The notes beneath the pieces are model-generated. The model did no database searches. It was not told the origin of the DNA and saw only the letters and a list, made by a program, of their open reading frames with translations. DNA of 64,000 nt from Limisphaerales bacterium (GTDB taxonomy: Bacteria; Verrucomicrobiota; Verrucomicrobiia; Limisphaerales; JAJOIW01). The position numbers and the translations under genes were made by a program. This document shows, piece after piece, positions 9,260-19,674 of the stretch (within the stretch, counting starts at the first letter, position 1; every line of letters begins with the position of its first letter). The stretch is taken from assembly GCA_965657355.1 (NCBI GenBank), contig CBFHOE010000007.1:32001-96000 (forward strand). Direction: 5' to 3'.

Positions 9260-10666
9260 TTAAAAGGCAAAGTAGATAAAAGAGTTTCTGGATGCTGGAG
9301 CCAAAATAATTGTCATACCAATTAATAAAAATAAAACAGGATATTTTGACAAATAACCATATGGATCACTTTGATATGTCCTCCCAAGAAATTCAGTCAA
9401 AACAAGAAAAACAACTAGTAGCAACAGCCCGAATATCACGACTACATCTCCTGCACCGAAAGATAAGATAAAGTTTTTCAGCAATGCAGGACTATATGCC
9501 GTTGGGTTGAGTAGGACTCTAAGGTTCTGAAGAAGAATTTCTAAATCCGTTTGATAGAAAAAAAGCCAAGCAAAAAACACGCCTAAAGTAGTTATCATCC
9601 AACCGAGAAATGGCGGCCAAGAAATCTTCTGAGCAAAAAACCTATGAGTTAAGACCATAACCCCGTGAAACAAGCCCCACATGATAAAATTCCACCCAGC
9701 TCCATGCCAAGCGCCTGACACGAGGAAAACGACCAACATTGGAACGACACCCTTTGTCCATTTGTTACCTCCCATTCTGAAATAGATATAGTCCCTAAAC
9801 CATTGACTCAAAGTGACATGCCAGGTTCTCCAAAATCCAGTAATAGATTTTTGTGTATATGGGCTTAAAAAATTAAGGGTGAGGCCGATGCCAAGCCATT
9901 GACCAACTCCTAATGCGATGAGGCTGTATCCAGCAAAATCGAAATAAATTCGAAAACCAAAAATGACATTTTGAAACCAAACAGCCCATGCGGATTGAGC
10001 CAGCTCGCCTGGCCGAAAATAAATAGCTAAGTTGTCGGCCAGACAAAGTTTAAAGAAAAGCCCGATGATGACCCAGGTGGTTCCCTTATCGATGCTTTCT
10101 TTATCGAAAGAAAATTTAAAATTTTGAATTTGAGGCAAAAGATCCTTTTTCCTCTCAATGGGCCCGGCAACGATTTGAGGAAAAAATCCCGCGAAATTTA
10201 AAAAATCGATTAACTTAGGAAATTGATTTTGCTGTGAATGATTTTGCTTAATTACATCCCAACTAAAGCTCATGCACTGGAATGTATAAAAGGAAATTCC
10301 CACAGGGATAGCCAGGGTCATTAGACTTGTATGGTAAATTCCAAAAATTCCATTAGAAATAAAAAAGCTATATTTAAACCATACGAGGGGTGCCAATTGA
10401 AAAAAGGCAAGCAAGCCCGCACTAGCCGAGCGAAAACGCTTTTTTTTCAAAAGCATCTTTGTTCCAAAATATGTGACTAAAGCAACGTAAAGGAAAACTG
10501 TTGCCGTGACCCACCCCACAAAGAAAAGCAGCCCGATTCCAAGAGCAAAGAGTAAATACTTATCACTGTTTTTTCTGGAGGCTTTTACAGGAATAATTCG
10601 AATGAGCCAAACGATGACGAGGCCTATTCCCAGTGCTAACCAAAACTTTACTTCCGCAAAATTCAT
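9260..10666 (-). CDS. MBOAT O-acyltransferase (AlgI/PatA/DltB family)
   Basis: 'IPVGISFYTFQ', 'FFPQIVAGPIER', 'IYFDFAGYS', 'FWRTWHVTLSQWFRDYIY', 'SGAWHGAGWNF'. Confidence 0.95.
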   Translation of the reverse strand: MNFAEVKFWLALGIGLVIVWLIRIIPVKASRKNSDKYLLFALGIGLLFFVGWVTATVFLYVALVTYFGTKMLLKKKRFRSASAGLLAFFQLAPLVWFKYSFFISNGIFGIYHTSLMTLAIPVGISFYTFQCMSFSWDVIKQNHSQQNQFPKLIDFLNFAGFFPQIVAGPIERKKDLLPQIQNFKFSFDKESIDKGTTWVIIGLFFKLCLADNLAIYFRPGELAQSAWAVWFQNVIFGFRIYFDFAGYSLIALGVGQWLGIGLTLNFLSPYTQKSITGFWRTWHVTLSQWFRDYIYFRMGGNKWTKGVVPMLVVFLVSGAWHGAGWNFIMWGLFHGVMVLTHRFFAQKISWPPFLGWMITTLGVFFAWLFFYQTDLEILLQNLRVLLNPTAYSPALLKNFILSFGAGDVVVIFGLLLLVVFLVLTEFLGRTYQSDPYGYLSKYPVLFLLIGMTIILAPASRNSFIYFAF

Positions 10667-10811
10667 TTAGTAAGGGGTAGACTTTACCAAAACATCGAGA
10701 TCAGAAAAGTTTCAACTATACAGGGCTTTAGATAAAAAAGGCCAATCCACGATATAGCCAATTATTCTGGCATAAACTAATAAGCCTCTCTATTCTCACC
10801 ACATTATTAAG

Positions 10812-11456
10812 ATGGAAAGAGAAGAATCCAGAATATCTAAATCAAAAAAGGGTCAAAATACTCAGAAAAAGGAAAGTTTTTGGAGAAAGCTCTACAACTG
10901 GACCATAAGCTGGGCAGAAAAACCACAGGGCGTCTGGGCATTATTCATTATAGCCTTTGCAGAATCGTCCATCTTCCCTATTCCACCAGACGTGCTATTG
11001 GTTGCACTGTGCGCTGGTGCTCCACGTAAATCATTTTTCTTCGCCGGGGTATGCCTCATTGGCAGCGTCCTCGGTGGAATGGCTGGATACTGGATCGGAT
11101 CGGGTGTTTACGACACTATAGGAGTCAAGATAGTCGAGATTTATCATGCCCAAGAGGTTATGGAGAAAATCAAAAATTGGTATGATGAATGGGGATTTTG
11201 GGGAAACCTATTAGCAGCCGTGACTCCTATTCCTTATAAAGTTTTCACAATAACTTCCGGAGCCATGGATTACAATTTCGTCCAATTCCTCTTTGCCTCT
11301 GTAGTCGGGCGAGGCCTGAGATTTTTTCTGGTTGGCTCACTCATAAAATTCCTGGGCCCAAAAATGATTCCTTGGATTGAGAAAAATTTAGACAGATTAG
11401 CCTGGGTATTTTTAATCCTCGTCTTGCTCGGCATTGCAGCAATCAAACTTCTTTGA
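10812..11456 (+). CDS. YqaA/DedA (SNARE-associated) membrane protein
   Basis: 'AFAESSIFPIPPDVLL', 'TPIPYKVFTITSG', 'GRGLRFF'. Confidence 0.9.
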   Translation: MEREESRISKSKKGQNTQKKESFWRKLYNWTISWAEKPQGVWALFIIAFAESSIFPIPPDVLLVALCAGAPRKSFFFAGVCLIGSVLGGMAGYWIGSGVYDTIGVKIVEIYHAQEVMEKIKNWYDEWGFWGNLLAAVTPIPYKVFTITSGAMDYNFVQFLFASVVGRGLRFFLVGSLIKFLGPKMIPWIEKNLDRLAWVFLILVLLGIAAIKLL

Positions 11457-11735
11457 AAAATACCTGCCCAAATGGGCTGTATTGTCTTGCATTTTTTTTC
11501 AATAAATCAAATAAATCTCTATGCGAGTGTTATGGAGATTCATTTCGAGGGTGGCTCATATGTTTGATGGAAAAGAGACCACGCAAGTAAACAACTCTCA
11601 ATTATTTGGGATCTACCTCAACCAGACAAACGGTCATAAAACATATAACTATGACCAAACAACACGCCAAAGATCAAAAGGGCGACACCAAAGCACAAGG
11701 GCTTCTGAATAATACTCAATCAACACAATATATTT

Positions 11736-12845
11736 ATGAATAAGAATTCTGACCATTTTATCATTATCATGGCTGGGGGCAGAGGCGAAAGATTTTGGCC
11801 AGTTAGTCGTGAGACCTCACCAAAACAACTTATTACGATCTTGGGTGAGCGGTCATTCCTCCAGTCGACAGTGGATAGAGTTCTTCCATTAGTTCCTGAA
11901 GAGAATATTTTTATCATTACAAATGTTGCGCAGGCAGCTGAAGTAAAACGACAGCTTCCCGAGCTGCCACCAGATAATGTTATAGCAGAACCATGCGGCC
12001 GTGACACATGTGCAGCAGTTGCTTTGGGGGCTGCCCTTGTGGGGCAGAAAAACCCCAATGGTATCATGGCAGTTCTGCCAGCAGATCACGTCATTCCGGA
12101 AAATGAAAAATTTCAAAGTGTTCTATCTGATACTTTAAATTTTGCAAAAGAAGGGGACAAAATTATTACTATTGGTATCAAACCAAATGAACCTGCCACT
12201 GGATATGGTTACATCCATTTCGGTGAAAAACAAAGCCATGGGGAAAATGGCACTGACTTATTCACCGGTTTAAAATTTGTTGAAAAACCAGATTTACCCA
12301 CAGCAGAGTCGTATTTGGCATCCGGAGAATATCGATGGAACGCCGGCATGTTTATTTGGTCATACAGCACGATAAAATGTGCTCTTGATAAATACCAACC
12401 AGAGATTGGAGCCCTTTGTTCAAAGTGGGCTTCAAGTTCAAATATTGGAGGCCTTCTTGACCAATTGGAAGTTGATTATCCTGACATAAAAAAAATCTCG
12501 ATTGATTTTGCAGTTATGGAGAAAGCCCAGAATGTGTTTGTCGCAGACGGCTCATTTACCTGGGATGACCTAGGTGCATGGACTGCTCTGGCTCGGCATA
12601 TCGATAATGATGAGAATGGAAACGCCTCAAATACTAATTTCGTGCATGTCGATTCTCAAAATAATGTAATCTTTGACAACCGTGCGATAGAGAGCAGAAC
12701 CCCTATTACTCTCGTCGGAATTAAAAATAGCATCATAGTCCAGACTGAAGATGCTTTATTGGTGGCAAGCAAAGAAGAATCTCAAAAAATCAAGGACCTG
12801 GTTAAACTTCTATCGTCTAGTAATGAATATAAAAAACTGACGTAG
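11736..12845 (+). CDS. manC: Mannose-1-phosphate guanylyltransferase
   Basis: 'IMAGGRGERFWPVSR...PKQL', 'EPCGRDT', 'PADH', 'FVEKP', 'WNAGMF', 'WDDLGAW'; no C-terminal cupin domain. Confidence 0.93.
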   Translation: MNKNSDHFIIIMAGGRGERFWPVSRETSPKQLITILGERSFLQSTVDRVLPLVPEENIFIITNVAQAAEVKRQLPELPPDNVIAEPCGRDTCAAVALGAALVGQKNPNGIMAVLPADHVIPENEKFQSVLSDTLNFAKEGDKIITIGIKPNEPATGYGYIHFGEKQSHGENGTDLFTGLKFVEKPDLPTAESYLASGEYRWNAGMFIWSYSTIKCALDKYQPEIGALCSKWASSSNIGGLLDQLEVDYPDIKKISIDFAVMEKAQNVFVADGSFTWDDLGAWTALARHIDNDENGNASNTNFVHVDSQNNVIFDNRAIESRTPITLVGIKNSIIVQTEDALLVASKEESQKIKDLVKLLSSSNEYKKLT

Positions 12846-12883
12846 GCCCAAACGTTATTTTAAATCATATAATTTAAAGAAAA

Positions 12884-14263
12884 TTAGTATTTCAATGCAG
12901 CGATGGGACTCATCTTGGCTGCTTTTAAAGCCGGGAATAATCCAGCCAAAATTCCTACGACAACGCTGAAAACACAGGCCTGAATCGTCGCTTCAGGAGT
13001 GATAACAGGTGTGTTTTGAGATGGAGCCAGCCAAATCAGCATCTCAACAACGCCAAAAGAAACTCCGATACCAGCGGCAGCGCCTAACAGGCAAACAATA
13101 ACACTTTCAGTAATAACTTGCACAAAAACGTCCAATGCAGTCGCACCAAGAGCTTTGCAGGTTCCTATCTCTCGAATTCTCTCCTGAATGCTGGCAAACA
13201 TAATATTCATAATACCTATTCCGCCGATCAACAGGCTCAATCCAGCGATTATCGAACCGCTGATACGGGAGTTTCTAATTCTTTTGTTAATGCTATCTAT
13301 GCTTGATTGCTTCGTTTCGAATTCGTAATCCAGGATGCCCTTGTGAGTGATTCCCAGTATGTTTTTTGACTGCTGTATAGCCTTGTCAAAAAGGGCCAGA
13401 GAACTGACTTTGATATCAATGTCATCTAATCGATTGTCAGGAATAAGTGGCTCCCCTTCCTCTGTATCGAGGTAGCGGGTAAATTTGAGTCTCATGGTAT
13501 TAATGGGAATATAAACGAGGTTATTCTTTCTCCAGAATGCATTGCCATATGTCTGACTTCCACTCCAGCCTTTTTGTCTGGCAGGTCCAGATTGCTCCTC
13601 AGATTTATTAGCTTTGTTCTTAAGAGCAATCTCTCGCATACGCCTATCTTTATCACTCTCAAAATGCTTAAACATTCCAATAATGACAAATGGCTGGCCG
13701 TTAATAGTTATCCACTCTCCGATTGGGATTTTTCCGTAATCAGGATCTAGAGGCTTACCAAAAAGACGATCTCTGATTCCAGTCCCGATGACACAGACAC
13801 TCAGTGCCTGCTCGTCGTCTAATGAATTAAAAAAACGACCGTGCTTAACCTCCAAAAGATTCATTTCAAGAACTGATGGTGTCACTCCAACAAATTCGCT
13901 AGCCCTTGTTCTCTTGCCCCCATACGAAGCGTAAGCTCGATATTCTCTTATCTCTGGAGAAATGTATTTTAGTAATGTTGAGGAACTTTTTAAGGCATTG
14001 ACATCATTAAACGTCTTTCCTGGCGCGAGATCCGAAAGATGATCCATTGAGGAAGGCACACCATCATCATCGATTATCACTTTGTCTAAACCACCCATCG
14101 CTATCAGAGATTCCTTCATGCCATTCTCCATGCCTTTTATCATTGCTGACATTGCAACAAGACTGGAAACTCCGAGAATAACACCCACCATTGTTAATAA
14201 AGTTCTGAAGGGATGAGCCAAAATGTTTCGAAAACTAAAATCCAGTGCGTTTGCGATTATCAT
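12884..14263 (-). CDS. MacB/FtsX-type ABC permease
   Basis: TM1, large periplasmic domain, 3 TM; 'GGIGIMNIMFASIQERIREIG..KALGA', 'PALKAAKMSPIAALKY'. Confidence 0.92.
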   Translation of the reverse strand: MIIANALDFSFRNILAHPFRTLLTMVGVILGVSSLVAMSAMIKGMENGMKESLIAMGGLDKVIIDDDGVPSSMDHLSDLAPGKTFNDVNALKSSSTLLKYISPEIREYRAYASYGGKRTRASEFVGVTPSVLEMNLLEVKHGRFFNSLDDEQALSVCVIGTGIRDRLFGKPLDPDYGKIPIGEWITINGQPFVIIGMFKHFESDKDRRMREIALKNKANKSEEQSGPARQKGWSGSQTYGNAFWRKNNLVYIPINTMRLKFTRYLDTEEGEPLIPDNRLDDIDIKVSSLALFDKAIQQSKNILGITHKGILDYEFETKQSSIDSINKRIRNSRISGSIIAGLSLLIGGIGIMNIMFASIQERIREIGTCKALGATALDVFVQVITESVIVCLLGAAAGIGVSFGVVEMLIWLAPSQNTPVITPEATIQACVFSVVVGILAGLFPALKAAKMSPIAALKY

Positions 14264-14270
14264 TTGCGGC

Positions 14271-15638
14271 CTATTCGTATTTTAGCGCTTCGATTGGGCT
14301 ATAATTTGAAGCTTTAATTCCGGGATAAACACCCGAGAGAATACCCACTGCAATACTGGCAGAAAAAGCGATGACCAGATTGCTTATGGTGACTTCGGGA
14401 GCATTTTCAGTTGGGGCAAGAATACCAATCAGGCCCAATACGCCTTGAGAGGCCATAAGGCCTAATATGCCTCCGGTGATTGAAAGCAATACACTTTCAG
14501 AGAGTATTTGACCAAATATCGTCAAGTCAGTGGCTCCAATTGCTTTGCAAATTCCAATTTCACGAATTCGCTCGGATATACTGGCGAGCATGATATTCAT
14601 GATACCTATACCTCCGACTATTAAACCGATACCTGCAATCACGGCTCCGCTGATTCTATAATTTTGAATGGTTTCTTCTACGTCCTCAGCCATGAACTCT
14701 TCGGTACGGAATGCAAAATCCTCGATGCCTCTATGGGAAATCATCATGACATTTCTTGCTTGTTGGATGCCGTTTTCCAAAAGAGAAATATCAGGAACCC
14801 TGACACTGATAGTATCAATCCTCAAAACAGGTTCTGGTTCAGTCGATTTGGAGGAAAGAAATTTAGCATGCATCGTTTTCATTGGAATGTAGATACATTG
14901 GTTTTTGGATCGGTACACCCATGATTCTTGTCTCCTGCGACGAGTTTTTCTTGGATCTAATTCCCCGCTGGCTATGAGTTTTTTTCTTTCGAGCCTTTCC
15001 TTTTTCTCACGCTCAGTTTCGTATAGTTCGAACATCCCGATTATTTTGAAAGGCACAAAATTAACGTAGATTGTTTCCCCGAGCGGAATTATTTCACGGC
15101 CTACATCCTCAGGGTGCCCGAACAAGTCGTCTCTTACTCCTGACGAAATAACACAAACGCTTGCAGCAGCCTCCTCGTCGAGATCATTAAACAAACGACC
15201 ATGGGCGATTCGATGATCTTCCATCTCCATGAAAGAAGGCCAAGCCCCAATGAGTTTATAGGGTCGGGCATATTTTTTTTTATAGCTAACAACAAGTGAA
15301 CTGTCCCAGCGAGTGAGCTCCACAGCTGGAGTAATTTCAGAAAGCAGTGGGGCGCTTGCCTGAAGCGCGTAGACATCTGACATTGTGAGACCTGGAGATT
15401 GCCCTTCCAAGTGTTCTTGATGTTCAGGGAGGTTGTCTTCTTCTTGGATTTCAAATTTGTCCATTCCACCAACTTCAACAAGGGCTTCTTTAAGGCCATT
15501 TTCCATACCTTTTACTGTCCCATTCATAGCAACCAAACTTGAGATCCCAAGTATAATCCCAAACATTGTAAGGAAAGACCTAACCGGGTGGCCCTTTATC
15601 TCTCTAAAACAATTTGATATGACCGCAGCTAAATTCAT
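14271..15638 (-). CDS. MacB/FtsX-type ABC permease (paralog)
   Basis: 'RSFLTMFGIILGI', 'GGIGIMNIMLASISERIREIG..KAIGA', 'SPIEALKYE'. Confidence 0.92.
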   Translation of the reverse strand: MNLAAVISNCFREIKGHPVRSFLTMFGIILGISSLVAMNGTVKGMENGLKEALVEVGGMDKFEIQEEDNLPEHQEHLEGQSPGLTMSDVYALQASAPLLSEITPAVELTRWDSSLVVSYKKKYARPYKLIGAWPSFMEMEDHRIAHGRLFNDLDEEAAASVCVISSGVRDDLFGHPEDVGREIIPLGETIYVNFVPFKIIGMFELYETEREKKERLERKKLIASGELDPRKTRRRRQESWVYRSKNQCIYIPMKTMHAKFLSSKSTEPEPVLRIDTISVRVPDISLLENGIQQARNVMMISHRGIEDFAFRTEEFMAEDVEETIQNYRISGAVIAGIGLIVGGIGIMNIMLASISERIREIGICKAIGATDLTIFGQILSESVLLSITGGILGLMASQGVLGLIGILAPTENAPEVTISNLVIAFSASIAVGILSGVYPGIKASNYSPIEALKYE

Positions 15639-16390
15639 TAGTCTTTTGGTGCTTCCACCGGTGACTCAGGATCAATGTGAAAGCGATTATCGTCAGTATC
15701 CCTAACGAATTTAGAATTTATGTTTCGAGCAATTTTCCCATCCCGAATCTCAATTCGACGCGGAGTCAGTCCGGCTATATCCGGGTCATGTGTGACCAAA
15801 ACTATCGTTCTTCCAAGTTTTTGTAGAGAATGGAATAAGTTGAGTATGACTTCTCCTGTATTGGAATCAAGATTCCCAGTAGGTTCATCAGCAAAAATAA
15901 TTCTAGGCTCATTAACAAGAGCTCGAGCTATCGCCACTCGTTGCTGCTGACCACCAGACAATTGATTCGGTCGATGCTTAGCTCTATCACTCATTTCCAC
16001 TAATTCAAGAACCTCTTTTGCTCGCTCCCCTCTTTTCTTTGAAGATAAACCTGAGTAGATGAGTGGTAACTCTACGTTTTGGAGAACAGATAATCTGGGC
16101 AGAAGGTTGAAGAATTGAAAAACAAAACCGATTTTAGTATTGCGAATTTTGGCAAGTTCGTGGGGTTTGGCTTTTTCAATTTGAGTACCGTCAATACTCA
16201 TGGTCCCATCGGTCGGAATGTCCAAACAGCCTAATATATGCATCAATGTCGATTTTCCACTTCCTGAAGGGCCAACTATGGAAGTGAATTCACCTTCATC
16301 TATATCAAGGTCGACACCGTCAAGGGCCTTAATGGTTTCGCTACCTAGCTGGTAAACCTTGGAAACGTTTCGAATTTCTACGAGCGCCAT
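15638..16390 (-). CDS. MacB/LolD-type ABC ATP-binding protein
   Basis: Walker A GPSGSGKST, LSGGQQQRVAIARAL, ADEPTGNLD. Confidence 0.96.
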   Translation of the reverse strand: MALVEIRNVSKVYQLGSETIKALDGVDLDIDEGEFTSIVGPSGSGKSTLMHILGCLDIPTDGTMSIDGTQIEKAKPHELAKIRNTKIGFVFQFFNLLPRLSVLQNVELPLIYSGLSSKKRGERAKEVLELVEMSDRAKHRPNQLSGGQQQRVAIARALVNEPRIIFADEPTGNLDSNTGEVILNLFHSLQKLGRTIVLVTHDPDIAGLTPRRIEIRDGKIARNINSKFVRDTDDNRFHIDPESPVEAPKD

Positions 16391-16426
16391 GAATTGGATG
16401 AGATGAGTAAGCTTAAATCTGACCGA

Positions 16427-17614
16427 TTAGTTAATCAAAAAAGCGGAGACAAAATTTATTAGTTTGGTCATTGAGTGAGACGAACTCACGGCATTTTGAT
16501 CATCCCCCTTATCTGCTAATATCTCTTCTGGGTCTGGTTGCTCAATAGCAACAACCTCACCACCAGAAAGACCGTCTAAAATTTCTACAAAAGTGTAATC
16601 ATTGATGCCAATTGTAACTGGAGTCATCAGAAATTTTTCCCCTTTTTGAACATAAACGTATCTTTCCATTTCTTTCAACTGAGCATTATACTCAGTAAAT
16701 ACGGCAGACATTGGCACTGCAAGCGCATCACTACTTGCCGCAATAGGGATAACAACATTGGCCGTCATACCCGGCTGAATCATTTGATTAATCTCTGTGA
16801 GAGTTATGCGAGTCTCATATCCTTTGGTTCTACTTTTAATAGTGGCTTGAGGTGCGATTCTATCTATGACTCCCCCCACCCTTAGTCCGTTCACTGCTTC
16901 AATTTCAATGGCGACTTCCATTCCGGTTTTGAGTCGGGTGACATCAACTTGGTTGACATGGGCATTTATTATCATTCTGTTCAAATCGGCTATCGTCATG
17001 ACCTCGGTCCCATTATTGAAGCCGCTGGAGCCAGAGACAGCCTGGCCCAACGAAACAGATCTCGTGAGAATAGTACCATCGAAAGGAGCTAGTATTTTAG
17101 TTCTGGAAAGGCGGTCCATAGTGAGGGCCAAATCCTTTTGAGCCTGTTCGGTTCGGTTTTTGGCAAGCTCATAACTGGTTTTGGAATTTTCAAACTCTTC
17201 GGTGGATACGAGCTGATCATCGAACAAATCATTTTGCCGCTCGAACAATCTTCTGGCCTGTTCCAGTTGAAGATACGCAGCCTTGATTTCGGTCTCTCTC
17301 GATTCAATTTCAATCATTAGGTCCTTGTCGTCCAGTGCGAATAGGAGGTCGCCTTTTTTCACTTCATCACTAATATCAACAGGTAGAGAGGATATTTTAC
17401 CCGGAACCTCCGGCCTCACAGAAACCACATCAAATGGAGTAATTTCTCCAGCTAGATTGATCTCAAAATCGATATCCTTACGGAGAACGTCTGCTGTCCG
17501 CACTCGCGCGGCCAATTCGGATTCCAAGCCGGCTTCGTTGTTTGGCTTTAGGACAAACAAATAAAGGGCAAATATGAGGCCCGCTCCAATTATTCCAAGT
17601 AGAAAAGATTTCAT
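16427..17614 (-). CDS. Periplasmic adaptor / membrane fusion protein (MacA-like)
   Basis: N-terminal TM, lipoyl halves 'VRPEVPGKI..VKKGDLLF' and 'ILAPFDG', coiled hairpin. Confidence 0.9.
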   Translation of the reverse strand: MKSFLLGIIGAGLIFALYLFVLKPNNEAGLESELAARVRTADVLRKDIDFEINLAGEITPFDVVSVRPEVPGKISSLPVDISDEVKKGDLLFALDDKDLMIEIESRETEIKAAYLQLEQARRLFERQNDLFDDQLVSTEEFENSKTSYELAKNRTEQAQKDLALTMDRLSRTKILAPFDGTILTRSVSLGQAVSGSSGFNNGTEVMTIADLNRMIINAHVNQVDVTRLKTGMEVAIEIEAVNGLRVGGVIDRIAPQATIKSRTKGYETRITLTEINQMIQPGMTANVVIPIAASSDALAVPMSAVFTEYNAQLKEMERYVYVQKGEKFLMTPVTIGINDYTFVEILDGLSGGEVVAIEQPDPEEILADKGDDQNAVSSSHSMTKLINFVSAFLIN

Positions 17615-17801
17615 TTTATTCTCTGTGACCTAAACCAACAGCCAGCATCCAGACTTACAGGCTGCATTCCTGGACACATTAGCATTATCTGTCTAAGTTG
17701 TGTTCACAGTCTAACAGATAACCGAAGTCGCAGGAAAATCAAATCAAGTTCATAATAGGCTTGGAGAATGGACGATTGCGTTAGAAACTTGAATAGGTCG
17801 C

Positions 17802-19649
17802 GTGTCAAATCAGAAAAAAAAGTTACTAATCGAAAAGCAAATGGGTGGAATTAACCAGAACCATTGGCATTTAGCAATCCGATTACGTGACTGGCTTCAG
17901 GCGCACGAGGAAAGTTCTCATCTAATGATGGCCTGCACGATTGGTATATTAGGCGGGGTTATCAACCTCGTTTTCAACCGAGCAATGGACTGGATTGGAA
18001 ACTTTTATGTTGGACAAGGTGAAAGTCAGGTCGATTTTGTAAGGTCTCTTAGCTGGCAGTGGGCTGTTATTATTCCTACTCTTGGAGGAGGATGTGCTGG
18101 TCTCATTTTATTGTGGAGGGATTTATCAAAGAAAAGCAAATACCTGACCAATAATTTACTGGAAGCAGTGGCGGCAGGAAACGGAAAACTATCTTTTTCA
18201 TATGCCATTAAAAGTGCATTTGCCTCACTGACTTCTCTTCTCTCTGGCTCTTCTCTCGGCAGAGAAGGAGCAATCGCTCAGCTCGGAGCAGCAGGTGCCT
18301 CCACAATTGGACAAAAACTCAACTGGGCGCCTTATCGTTTAAGATTAATGGTTGCTAGTGGTGCGGCAGCTGGGATGGCTGCAGCATACAATGCGCCCAT
18401 TTCTGGGTCTGTATTCGCTGCCCAGATTGTGCTGGGTAATTTTTCGATGCGGCTTTTGGCACCAGTATTACTTTCAGCAGTTATGGCAAGTATGATTTCA
18501 AGATCATTTTTGCAGGTAGGGCCATTGTTTGAGGTGCCGGATTTTGAATTTACGGATATGACCCAGCTTCCCTATTTTATGCTTCTGGGGGTGATCACTG
18601 GTTTAGCCGGTGCTTTCTTTTTGGGATACCTCCATAAGTGCCGATATGTATTTGATAAAACAGGCCTTCCTATTTATGTGAAAGTCGCGCTAGGCGGCAT
18701 GATCGTCGGAGGAATATCAATACTTTTCCCTGAAGTCGTGGGCAATGGTTATGTTGTGACAAATGATTTGTTCAAGTGGGGGGAAATCAGTCTGATTGTT
18801 GCCATTGGTTTATTTGCAGCGAAGTTTCTGGCTACTGGTATCAGCGTCGCGTCTGGGGCCGTGGGCGGGGTATTTACGCCAACACTTCTTCTTGGCGCTA
18901 GCTTAGGCATATTATCAAGTCGGCTATTCCACCAGATCAATCTAGCCGATCCAACTCATGTAGCTGCATTTGCTCTTGCAGGAATGTGTGGAGTATTAGC
19001 AGCAACAACTCATTCAGCATTATTAGCAATAATTATGGTTTTTGAATTGTCCCTGAACTATTCCATAATGCCGGCTTTGATGGTTACGTCAGCAGTATCG
19101 ACTTTAGTATCACGTCGATTTTATTCGGACTCAGTTTATACGACAGGTTTAGATATGGTGGGGCTGGAAGACCAGAGAGAGTCAAGTGACCTTGGAGCCT
19201 CAAAGGAACAATCCATCGGAGATTGGATGTCAGACCCCATTTACGTCATACCGCAAAATACAAGATTTTCGGAGATTGTAGAAACTTTTCTACAAAATCC
19301 AATTGAGCATCTCACAGTGATAGACGACGAGGGGGGCATTACAGGAGAGGTCTGCTTAGAGGATTTGAAAGCCTGGTTGAAACAGGGCTCGGATTTGGAA
19401 GTCGTTATTGCAATGGATATAATGAGGCCACCTCCAGAATTTCTGACAGCTGATGCACGTTTATCTCAAGCTCTGCCTTTACTACTGAGAAATTCCAATC
19501 GATACATACCCGTTGTTAACAACTCATCCAGGAAAAAAATCATTGGCACCCTTGCGCGAGGTGAATTACTCAATTATTTTTCTGAAGCTATCTCGAGACA
19601 ATCTCAACCTGGGATAGATATTTTTAAACCAAGGCAACCAAAAAAATAA
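17802..19649 (+). CDS. ClC family chloride channel (ClcB-like) with tandem CBS domains
   Basis: 'GSSLGREGA', 'AAAYNAPISG', 'GGVFTPTL', 'SVYT', C-terminal CBS pair; start uncertain. Confidence 0.9.
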   Translation: MSNQKKKLLIEKQMGGINQNHWHLAIRLRDWLQAHEESSHLMMACTIGILGGVINLVFNRAMDWIGNFYVGQGESQVDFVRSLSWQWAVIIPTLGGGCAGLILLWRDLSKKSKYLTNNLLEAVAAGNGKLSFSYAIKSAFASLTSLLSGSSLGREGAIAQLGAAGASTIGQKLNWAPYRLRLMVASGAAAGMAAAYNAPISGSVFAAQIVLGNFSMRLLAPVLLSAVMASMISRSFLQVGPLFEVPDFEFTDMTQLPYFMLLGVITGLAGAFFLGYLHKCRYVFDKTGLPIYVKVALGGMIVGGISILFPEVVGNGYVVTNDLFKWGEISLIVAIGLFAAKFLATGISVASGAVGGVFTPTLLLGASLGILSSRLFHQINLADPTHVAAFALAGMCGVLAATTHSALLAIIMVFELSLNYSIMPALMVTSAVSTLVSRRFYSDSVYTTGLDMVGLEDQRESSDLGASKEQSIGDWMSDPIYVIPQNTRFSEIVETFLQNPIEHLTVIDDEGGITGEVCLEDLKAWLKQGSDLEVVIAMDIMRPPPEFLTADARLSQALPLLLRNSNRYIPVVNNSSRKKIIGTLARGELLNYFSEAISRQSQPGIDIFKPRQPKK

Positions 19650-19674
19650 CATATTCCAATCGTACGATTAGATT

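Noticed and set aside
11521..11743. 63-aa ORF and an overlapping ~30-codon ORF upstream of manC
   Set aside because: No motif or clear RBS; likely promoter or leader sequence
17701..17716. TGTTC...AACA as a possible Verrucomicrobia LexA box
   Set aside because: Spacing and right half do not fit TGTTC-N4-GAACA, and flanking genes are not SOS-type
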